From Eledone cirrhosa (lineage: Eukaryota), in the NCBI GenBank assembly GCA_964016885.1, contig OZ024751.1:6076001-6140000 (forward strand): a DNA stretch of 64,000 nucleotides. The letters run 5' to 3'. The notes under the pieces were generated by a model, which ran no database searches, was not told where the DNA came from, and saw only the letters and a program-made list of their open reading frames with translations. Position numbers and translations under genes: made by a program. Of this stretch, positions 53,888-64,000 are shown piece by piece (the stretch's first letter is position 1; each line of letters starts with the position of its first letter).

Positions 53888-55068
53888 CAACATATATTTT
53901 TAGATGTTTAATGCATCACAAACGTTTTTGTTTCTGCTATTGAAATAGTATAAAATGTTCAATTGTTTTTCTTACCATTTGTTTTACGTAAACAAAAGCA
54001 ATATTGTTTATTTCCTTCATTGTATTACTAAATAGTTTGTTTCTGGAGAGATATTTTCTATAAGTTGCACTTTCAAAACTGTTGATACAATGTACAAACA
54101 ATGAACGTATAATATACACACACTGTACATACAATGGATAATATAATTTAGTTTGAAATTGTGATGAAAAGGTCAGATATGATATAGCGTCAAAGAAAAT
54201 ATATTAGATGATGCAGTTCTGATTCCTGTCTTTGTTATCGGTAGAATACCTACCAGAAATATTTTGGAGAGCAACCAATGTATCTAACAATACTCCCTAC
54301 CAAAATATTGAGGAAAGAGAATTTCTATTTGAGGATTATGTTGATCTGAGCGTAAACATCAATGAGAGATGTGGACCTTTCCGCGAGGAATTTGAATATT
54401 TAATTGAATTTGTCTTATAACTGTCCCCAACTAGGGCAGTGGTGAGAAACACCCATGTGAGATGCATATTTAACCATTCGTAAATCGGAGACTTGTTATC
54501 TTGTTGACAGGATCTAGCTGGAACTACTTTCCGTCGCCTCTTAGTTCAAACTTATATTTGAAAGCTTTCTTGAATTAGAAAAATAACTTTGGCAGTCATG
54601 GTAGCGGTGAGATGTCGACAGTACTGTCGTCAACACTACAAACTATGACTGACTCAGTGTTACTTCCCTTATCGTGCGTTAAAATACAAACACGATTAAT
54701 CTCACGTGGTATGGGGATCGTTTTGGGTCCTCCTCGACCAGATACAGCTGAAACTCGTTTTTGCTGCCTCTGATATCGCCTTTAGAGCGTTGGCCATTTT
54801 CTTCCCAGAGTCTCAAAGGGCGGATACCACTTTCGAGGGTTTTGTAGTCTTTAAATATGTTGAATTATTATTATTGCGGCAGGGCCCAGTTAGCCAGGTG
54901 AATCAACAAAGTATTATCTCTCTTACTCTTTCATCCATATTCTCCAAACAAATTTATTCAACCATTAAACTTCATTCAAATTCTAGCGTCATCGAATGAT
55001 TAGCTATTCCGCGCCATAATTCATGAATAGAAAATATTGCATCGAGAATGAATACATATGTATATTAT

Positions 55069-55165
<97 letters not shown>

Positions 55166-55166
55166 T

Positions 55167-55197
<31 letters not shown>

Positions 55198-55232
55198 ATT
55201 TATATATATATATATTTATATATATATATATT

Positions 55233-55271
<39 letters not shown>

Positions 55272-55370
55272 ATATTTATATATTTATATATATATATATA
55301 TGGTATCCCTGAAATATGTATAATTAAATAAATATCGTTTTATAAATATAGTTTCCATTTGTTTAATATC

Positions 55371-55421
<51 letters not shown>

Positions 55422-55555
55422 CATGTAAAGTTATATTTAAAATTGTTGGGTTACAACTAGTAAATATTTATAACTGATATAAAAGCACTCGACAAATATT
55501 TGGAGTATATTTACAATATTAAATAAATGGAAAACTATATTTATAAAACCATATT

Positions 55556-55621
55556 TATTTCATTATATATATTTCGGGGATATCATATTAACAATATGCT
55601 ATGCCTTCATCAGACAAAATA
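55556..55621 (-). ncRNA. Type I hammerhead ribozyme (family B)
   Basis: Reverse complement of 57880-57945. Confidence 0.8.
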
Positions 55622-55992
55622 CAATATAAACAGTTTTATAGATAAATATATTCGACATACCGTAATAAACATCAACTTCATTTGAAGAGGTTTACGCTAG
55701 CAGTGAAAATACAGAGAGAAAGAAAGAGAGAAAGAAAAGAGGGAAAAAAAAAAAAAAAAAGAAAGAAAGAAAGACAAAACGAAGAAAAGGAAGAAAAAGA
55801 AGAAAAAGAAAAAGAAGAAATGCATGGAACAAAATAGAGAGATGGAAAAATAGATAAAGCGAAGAGCTTCATGTAAAGAGACAGAAAGAGATATATATAT
55901 AGAGAGAGAGAGGAAATAGAGATAGATACATATATATATATAGAAAATTAGGTAGTGGGAGGTCATTTTGAGTAAGTGTATCAATGATACAT

Positions 55993-56023
<31 letters not shown>

Positions 56024-57473
56024 GCTCAAGTATTAATGTAAGGGAGATATATAGAGAGATATAGAGAGATATAGAGAGAGAAAAAAAATTTAAAAATTGC
56101 CAGACATATTCGAGGCGTAGAAAACCCTATGTTTTAATGTATTAGTATTTATAAAACTTACACTATATTGTAAATATCAGTATTCCTGAATGAAACAAGT
56201 ATTCACAATGTGTGAAAATTCATTATCTTATGTTTAGTTTTTAAAAAATTCACATGTTTATGTGACAGCTACAAACATCAATGTGAATCCAACTGATTCA
56301 CTCCGCAAACTCTAAGTTACCGGGAAACATTCTCAATGTGGTATAAAAATTTGAGCGTATTATTATTCTTGCGATTACTCTACAATATTATCTATCAAGC
56401 AAAAATAGAGAGCAGATTTCAATATACTAATCGAAAATATATATTATATTATAAACAAAGATAACACTAATAATAATGATTCCCTCTTTTTACTCTTTTT
56501 ATTGTTTATTTTATTTTATTTATTTTTTTTTTATCTAAACATTCCTCATGAAAAATTAAGCTACCCTAAAAGCCGATGCTCCAAATTTTTTGAATTAACC
56601 TTACACTAGATAAACTTCTATATTAAATATAGGAACATATGTAGACATTATTGGACATCATAATCTTTTTGCGATATTCTTTGCTAGATGTGATTTGATA
56701 GATAATTTTTGGCTTTGTCTTGTAATGAACTTGGCAATATATTGTCAATTAACTTTGAAGGGTTGTTTTTTGTGGTTTATTTTTATTTTCATTTTTATTT
56801 TTATTTTTATTTTTTATTTTTATTCTTTTAGTATTGTAGTATTCTATAATATTTTTATTTTTTATTTTATTTTTAATATTTTTATATGTAAATTTTTAAT
56901 ACGTAATATTCTTTAATACGTAGTATTTTTAATATGCAATATTTTTATTATGTAATATTCTTTCGTAATATTTTTTTTTAGTTTTCTATTCTATATTTTT
57001 ATATATTTTTACTTATTATTATTATTATTATTGTTATCTTTGTTTATAATATAATATATATTTTCGATTAGTATATTGAAATCTGCTCTCTATTTCTGCT
57101 TGATAGATAATATTGTAGAGTAATCGCAAGAATAATAATACGCTCAAATTTTTATACCACATTGAGAATGTTTTCCGGTAACTTAGAGTTTGCGGAGTGA
57201 ATCAGTTGGATTCACATTGATGTTTGTAGCTGTCACATAAACATGTGAATTTTTTAAAAACTAAACATAAGATAATGAATTTTCACACATTGTGAATACT
57301 TGTTTCATTCAGGAATACTGATATTTACAATATAGTGTAAGTTTTATAAATACTAATACATTAAAACATAGGGTTTTCTACGCCTCGAATATGTCTGGCT
57401 ATTTTTAAATTTGTTTCTCTCTATATATCTCTCTATATCTCTCTATATATCTCCCTTACATTAATACTTGAGC

Positions 57474-57508
<35 letters not shown>

Positions 57509-57879
57509 ATGTATCATTGATACACTTACTCAAAATGACCTCCCACTACCTAATTTTCTATATATATATATGTATCTATCTCTATTTCCTCTCTCTCTAT
57601 ATATATATATCTCTTTCTGTCTCTTTACATGAAGCTCTTCGCTTTATCTATTTTTCCATCTCTCTATTTTGTTCCATGCATTTCTTCTTTTTCTTTTTCT
57701 TCTTTTTCTTCCTTTTCTTCGTTTTGTCTTTCTTTCTTTCTTTTTTTTTTTTTTTTTCCCTCTTTTCTTTCTCTCTTTCTTTCTCTCTGTATTTTCACTG
57801 CTAGCGTAAACCTCTTCAAATGAAATTGATGTTTATTACGGTATGTCGAATATATTTATCTATAAAACTGTTTATATTG

Positions 57880-57945
57880 TATTTTGTCTGATGAAGGCAT
57901 AGCATATTGTTAATATGATATCCCCGAAATATATATAATGAAATA
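57880..57945 (+). ncRNA. Type I hammerhead ribozyme (family B, inverted arm)
   Basis: TATTTTGT-CTGATGA-AGGCATAGCATATT GTT AATATGATATCCCC-GAAA-TATATA-TA-ATGAAATA. Confidence 0.8.
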
Positions 57946-58047
57946 AATATGGTTTTATAAATATAGTTTTCCATTTATTTAATATTGTATATTTATATAT
58001 ATATTTACATATATACATATATATACATATACAGACAGACACACACG

Positions 58048-58104
<57 letters not shown>

Positions 58105-58119
58105 TACATATTTAAATAT

Positions 58120-58151
<32 letters not shown>

Positions 58152-58604
58152 GTGTGTGTATGTATATATGTATTAGTTTACATGACATAACCTGGAGATG
58201 ATTAAGACATAAAAATGATAAATAGATATGAAGTATACACTAGTTTTTATAATATAAGCCCCATAAAATGGTTGTCATATACTCTAACGTCGAAAAACCA
58301 AACATGAAATGAAATTATTATTAGGTTGCTTTAAAGAAACATAGACTATAAACTGTGCACATAAACTATGAGTGGATATGAATGGAATACTTTATCTAAA
58401 CATTACCATATCTATTTTATATACTTTAAGATCTCGTTAATCAGGAATAGTTTATAGCAAAATAAATTGTTACTGCGAGGGTGATTACGTTACTAAATCG
58501 TTGATGAAAATTTATATCCAAGATAGTGTCTTAATAAAAATGGTAGTTTTGACGCATTTGCTTCATAAAAAAAAATATAGGTCGTAGCTAATGAAAGTTA
58601 GTCA

Positions 58605-58800
58605 TGAAAAGTTCATAGGCTGAAACGTTCATGGCCTGATGAAGATACTCTCATGGAATGACTAAATGAGGCTTATTTTTCAACATAGTCATTGAAGAAA
58701 CAATGCAGTTATTAATAAGAAAAATTGAAATTAATGAATGCAAGATTCCACAGCTCTAGCACCTCTCCTTCATATGAACTCTTCAAACAACCCTCGTATA
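58605..58800. mobile_element. Mariner-like MITE remnant
   Basis: Right end TATGAACTCTTCAAACAACCCTCGTA-TA (reverse complement TACGAGGG.. is a mariner-type TIR start). Partial left TIR TGAAAAGTTCATA. Confidence 0.5.
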
Positions 58801-59745
58801 GGCGGCGTTTAAGGTTGTCTCTTTCATATTGTTTTAGCCTACATCTAGTTGCATTTACGGGAGAGTATCTCTCTTGAGCTTCTCTATTAGTCCTTTATTC
58901 TATCAGACTCATAGAACGGTCAACCTATGTTTCACATCCATATATGCACTATCACACGTAGAAGGGGACAAATGAATGCCCGCGTTACTCATTCGAATAC
59001 ATCCCATTCAATAATTAACTGCACCATCCAAATGTATTTAATGTGTGTCTCAGTTAAAGCATCACCTTTCATGTTTACTTATATTTTCCTGTTTCACATA
59101 TATTTTCAATATATCTTTCAATTCTTCATTATATAGATATTGTATAAATATAGTTTTTGTATTTGTTTGCAACAGTGTGATACAATGTATCAACACTCTA
59201 TAATCTCTCCAGTATGAGAATATCTGAAATAAATATTCATCACAAAGTCATGATCTGCAATGCAATAATTCCAATGCTATATTTTTTGTAAGCATAAAGC
59301 AAAGTTCAATGTTTTATGAAATATATACAAATGTCTCCAAAAGTCTATTGTGTATAAGTTCTCAATTGTTTCATATTAACAAATATAAGAACGCATGGAT
59401 TCATTGTCTCAACAGAGAGGAAGATAGGGAGGGGGGGGGGAGAGATAAGGAGCGAGGGAAAGAAAGAGATAGAGCTTGGGAAGAAAGGGGAGTAAGTGAA
59501 AGTCTAATAGGATAGGTATAATAAATTTATTCACATCTATAACTGTAGGCTATTTAATACGACCCCATCTAACGGCTCTTTTGTTTCGTTCATTCGGGCG
59601 GGATTGCTGTAAATATTGATATCCACGATAGGAATGTGATATTTTCTAAATAAATACCACTAAGACCTTTCTTCGAAGTTCTAATGAAACTGTCAAAGAC
59701 GGTATATATTTATTACGGATATAGTGTTGAACCTGTATATGATAC

Positions 59746-60085
59746 TCTTCTTCTTCTTCTTCTTCTTCTGATTCACCCACTTAAACCTGAGTGGCTCGTG
59801 TGGGCAGAGTCCTGAAATATTCCTCCCAGCAGGTCCTGTGAGAAGCAACCGCCTCCAACTAATCCAGATGGGTCCCCAATTAAAACCAGCCAAGCTGATG
59901 GATGTTATCCAACCAACTTGCTTGGGGTCTACCCCTGGGTCTCTTGCCGGTTGGTTTTGCCCGTAAAATATGTCCAGCTTTTCTTTACTTAGACATTCTA
60001 ACCATATGCTCATAGTATCGGAGCTGTGATCTCTCAATTCGGAGAAGTAGCGGTTCTACTTGAAGTGACTATTCTCCAACAATAA
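59746..60085 (-). mobile_element. 3' fragment of a second RTE-clade LINE with (GAA)n tail
   Basis: Reverse translation RIERSQLRYYEHMVRM..PTGKRPRGRP..WLDNI. (TTC)n at 59746-59768. Confidence 0.75.
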
Positions 60086-60778
60086 TGTAATTGTTTCGTT
60101 AGGGGTTCTGGAGAGATCCCTACCTCTTTTACACATACAGTATAGAATATTTCTCTAAAGGTTTTATGAATCGAGTTTCTATGAAATGAATAAATTTGAA
60201 GGGTCCATTCGTTATCTCTTTATTCTATTTGATCCATTGAAATATCTCCTTACCGGAAGGAATATAAACATTATCATATTTATTATTTATTTCATGAATA
60301 TTTCTTTAAACTCCCCAGCAGAGATCCGCTTAATTAATCATGAAAACAAGCAGTTGCTTCATTCTGAGATTAAATATGACACCCCTCGTTATCTTCATCT
60401 CATGTTATGTTGGATACAAGCTTTTGAGTTTTAAATGAAATACGTTTGATTTTTTTTCAAGATGGTATATTCTAAATGTTTGTTTATCGAGAGGTTTTAA
60501 ACGAAATAACATTTTATATGAATTGACATTAATATATCATTGGTCATATTTGAAAACAAAACGATATGATTCAATAGATAGCAGTGTGTTGCACAAGAGA
60601 ACTGTTGATATATTTGAGTATTTAAATGATGTATAATATACATCATAATGATAATATTATAGGTTTTACAATTCTTCGTTTCATTTATTACGCAATAATA
60701 TATCTACATGTACAGTATACATTATAGACTCTCTGAAGGTCCTGAGGCGCTATACGTATCTCATCGCAAACTATACGT

Positions 60779-61045
60779 AATTGTTTCTACTTTAGGCACA
60801 AGGCCAGCAATTACCCAGTGCATTACTGGTACTTTATTTTATCGACCCCGTAAGGATGAAAGGCAAAGTTAACCTCGGCGGGATTTGAACTCAAACTGTA
60901 AAGGGACGTAACTATGCAAGAAAGCATGGCGTCCCGCCCTCTACCGATACTGCCAATTCACCCTATATATAATTGTTTCCACGATAGGCACAAGGCCAGC
61001 AATTACCCAATGCATTACTGGTACTTTATTTTATCGACCCCGTAA
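60779..61045 (-). mobile_element. tRNA-derived SINE (family 1) plus adjacent partial second copy
   Basis: 60779-60963 is full length. 60971-61045 repeats the 3' part. Confidence 0.85.
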
Positions 61046-61226
61046 AATTATAATATAATACGCCCTTGACGCGAGCACAAAAGTCAACATATACAAACTC
61101 TAATAGAGAGGTACACACAATTATGCATATACATATACCTACTATATGAAGTGTTAAAATAATATATTTCTTTATTGTGTAGTTTTCATTGTTATTGAGG
61201 TTTTGTATATACCTATATATCAATAC

Positions 61227-61259
<33 letters not shown>

Positions 61260-61317
61260 CACATATACCTATATGTATATATATGTATATATATGTATAC
61301 ATATATATATACTTATA

Positions 61318-61351
<34 letters not shown>

Positions 61352-61396
61352 AACACATATATATATGTATGTATATGTATATACCTATATATATGA

Positions 61397-61447
<51 letters not shown>

Positions 61448-61519
61448 TATATGAGTATATATATATATATATACATATATATATGAGTATATATATATAT
61501 ATATACCTATATATATATG

Positions 61520-61626
<107 letters not shown>

Positions 61627-61633
61627 ATATGTA

Positions 61634-61708
<75 letters not shown>

Positions 61709-61850
61709 TGTTATACTTTGGTAGGGTCACGTTGCCAATAAGAAACACACGCACCAGTTGCTTTCACTTCAATTTATTATAATAAATTTAGGAATTTATA
61801 AATTTCCGGTTGGTTGGTTGGTTCCACAACCAGACGATTGCTCATATATT

Positions 61851-61893
61851 GTCAAAGTTCTTTCGTCACATATTCTGTGACCTCTTCAGTGAC
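61851..61893 (-). ncRNA. Minimal type I hammerhead ribozyme in the Penelope 3' region
   Basis: Reverse complement GTCA-CTGAAGA-G GTCACA GAATA TGTGAC-GAAA-GAAC-TT-TGAC. Confidence 0.8.
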
Positions 61894-62075
61894 TGGTGAT
61901 TCTTTTCTTTGTTTTTGTGCCTCTCCTTTTTTCTGTCCTACGCCATCTTGTTTTTGTGTGTGTTGTGTGCTTAGTTGTGCTGTCTGTGTGTGTTTATATT
62001 TGTTTATTTATTTGTTTATTTAGATGTTACTGGTTGGTTGTTTGTTCTATGTGTGTGTGTGTTTTCATTTTGTCC

Positions 62076-63293
62076 TTAATTGTAAGTTGTGATGTTGCTG
62101 TTCCATTCATGTTTTCTATTTAATTTTGGTTGGAGTTCATTTATGTTTATTGCCTCTGTGATTTGTCTAAACATTATGTCTTTTCTGTGTGTAGATTCTA
62201 TTTTTATTTCTATGTTCTCTAATTTACCCTTATGTTCTATTTTAGCATGTTGGTAGAGTACAGATGATTCTTTACTATCTTGAAGCTCTCGCCAGTGTTG
62301 ATTTATCCGTTCCCCTATACTACGAGCTGTCGCACCTATGTACACTATATTTTTATCTCTACATTGTCCTTCAGTACATCTTATGCTATATACTACATTT
62401 CTAGTTTTACAGTTAATATGGGGGCTTAATTTACAGATTACACATTTCTTATCTATACAGGGAGGTCTTTGAAAAGGGTATGTATTGCTAATAACTGTTT
62501 TTATGGAGGTACCTGGTCTTTCTACTATCTTAATATTGAGTTTATGTTTATCTAGGGCCCTTCTAAATTTGTAAGCTAATTCACCTCTAGGGGTTGTATC
62601 AATGAACATTACACTCTGGTATTTATTGCTATCATACCATGAGTTTATTCTATTAACCTTATTCCTAGTTCTTTCTATTCTATTCCAAAATTTGCTCCTA
62701 TACAAGGAGCAGGTCCCATTTGTGTCATTATTTACCATTTTTTCCCATTTGGTTCTGGCTCCTCTATATACTCTGATTTTATCTCTCTGATTGTAATCAG
62801 AGAACTGCATACGGTGGATGAAGTGTTGTATGTGTCTCTCTAGTTCTTTGGGGTTGCACATGCGGGACACGTTTCTCATCACCCGTACCAAATCCGCAAT
62901 CAGTATGTTGATTTTGGTATAGTCCGAAACAGCTGAGTTTCGGTGGATCAGATATTTGAAAGTCATGGGTTTGGCATAATGGGAATGGAGGATTTGTTTT
63001 TTGTTATTAATGGTATCTAACCAGAACTCTGTGTCTAGTACAAGTAATCGATGGTTGGGGTGTTTGCTTGGGTAGTCTATAGTAACTCTAATACTCTGGT
63101 GGATGGAGTTAGCTATTTGCTGGATGCTTTCCATGGTGTTTTTCTCTAATTCCTGACTGTTCTCTAGTGGGGGTGTTTTTACTACGATGTTTATATCATC
63201 AACGTAGTGGGAGTACATTATCAGGGTTAAGGGGTTGCTGTCTTCTAATTGTTCTTTAAGTTTAAGTTTAAGTCTACTGTCCCACCATACCAT
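62076..63293 (-). CDS. Penelope-like RT C-terminal half plus GIY-YIG endonuclease (open but 5'-truncated)
   Basis: HYVDDI, LVLDT, HYAKP, CIDKKCVIC..NCKTRNVVYSIRC..VYIGATARSIGERINQH..RQITEA..LNRKHE. Confidence 0.85.
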   Translation of the reverse strand: MVWWDSRLKLKLKEQLEDSNPLTLIMYSHYVDDINIVVKTPPLENSQELEKNTMESIQQIANSIHQSIRVTIDYPSKHPNHRLLVLDTEFWLDTINNKKQILHSHYAKPMTFKYLIHRNSAVSDYTKINILIADLVRVMRNVSRMCNPKELERHIQHFIHRMQFSDYNQRDKIRVYRGARTKWEKMVNNDTNGTCSLYRSKFWNRIERTRNKVNRINSWYDSNKYQSVMFIDTTPRGELAYKFRRALDKHKLNIKIVERPGTSIKTVISNTYPFQRPPCIDKKCVICKLSPHINCKTRNVVYSIRCTEGQCRDKNIVYIGATARSIGERINQHWRELQDSKESSVLYQHAKIEHKGKLENIEIKIESTHRKDIMFRQITEAININELQPKLNRKHEWNSNITTYN

Positions 63294-63362
63294 GAATAGG
63301 TTAGCTATGTCACCTAAAGAATCTTGCTAAACAAATTCAGAAACGAAATATACGTATATATG

Positions 63363-63445
<83 letters not shown>

Positions 63446-63471
63446 TTATATATATACATCTGTCTGTGTGT

Positions 63472-63514
<43 letters not shown>

Positions 63515-63578
63515 CACTTTTGATGTAAAAGAGAACACCCTAGTGGCATATATGAAGCACATTACATTCTAGTATTAA

Positions 63579-63764
63579 TTGTTTCTACTTTAGGCAGAAG
63601 GCCAGCAATTACCCAGTGCATTACTGGTACTTTATTTTATCGACCCCGTAAGGATGAAAGGCAAAGTCAACCTCGGCGGGATTTGAACTCAGATCGTAAA
63701 GGGACGTAACTATGCTGGAAAGCATGGTGTCCAACCCTCTACCGATACTGCCAATCCACCGCCC
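63579..63764 (-). mobile_element. Full-length tRNA-derived SINE (family 1) with TSD
   Basis: Reverse-complement match to 51386-51570. TACATTCTAGTATTAA occurs at 63563, 63765 and 63781. Confidence 0.9.
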
Positions 63765-64000
63765 TACATTCTAGTATTAATACATTCTAGTATTAATAAC
63801 AACCAGTTTCTTAAGAGACATAACAAGAATGTTTGGACATTGGAAACCATAGAGCACCAATAAAATGTATTAGCATATTTAGATATATCCCTAAGATATA
63901 TTCTCAGCTGAATTATTCTTAAATGGAAATGTAATATACTTTTTGGAATGAAACCATACTCATAGTCGTTATTAACAGGTGACATGAAATGAAGTACTCA

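Larger units (their letters stand above)
55421..57989 (-). mobile_element. Long family B element with ~965-bp near-identical inverted arms
   Basis: 55512-56477 is inverted relative to about 57020-57989 (ORF translations 55678/57629 are identical), with a ~540-bp spacer and (TA)n flanks. An additional HHR 3'-half fragment lies at 55301-55372. Confidence 0.85.
61706..63350 (-). mobile_element. 5'-truncated Penelope-like element with inverted pLTR piece at the 5' junction
   Basis: ORF 62076-63293. The 3' region is shared with 48707-48975. 63316-63350 matches 49000-49035 but in opposite relative orientation. (TA)n flanks. Confidence 0.9.

Noticed and set aside
55023-55331. Long Y/I-rich ORFs here and at 8731-9312, 40783-41277 and 61189-61782
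   Set aside because: Translations of (TA)n/(TG)n microsatellites.
58630-58670. CTGATGA in the mariner-like remnant
   Set aside because: No compatible stems or GAAA. Chance match.

Overview
This is AT-rich, microsatellite-dense eukaryotic DNA with no recognisable host gene. The SINE and LINE repertoire suggests an octopod cephalopod (inference). It contains one intact RTE-clade LINE (4744-9136; 1181-aa APE-RT ORF with three C-terminal C2H2 fingers), degraded CRE-, R4/Dong-, Tx1- and RTE-type LINE fragments, two Penelope-like (RT + GIY-YIG) remnants, tRNA-derived SINEs, and a 24-kb tandem array (9165-33172) of a ~480-540 bp unit. Main result, from manual folding: every unit of the array carries a minimal type I hammerhead ribozyme (HHR) motif, 45 copies on the minus strand and 2 in an inverted tail. 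The motif occurs as two helix-III alleles arranged in 7-mer and 9-mer higher-order repeats. At least nine further intact-looking HHRs and several degenerate ones lie in short non-coding elements and in Penelope 3' regions. Most sit in (TA)n tracts and carry an inverted duplication at their inferred 5' end. The window therefore looks like a cluster of Penelope-dependent, HHR-bearing non-autonomous retroelements (non-LTR retrozyme-like). No folding software or database search was run. The many YIYIYI-type ORFs in the track are microsatellite artefacts.
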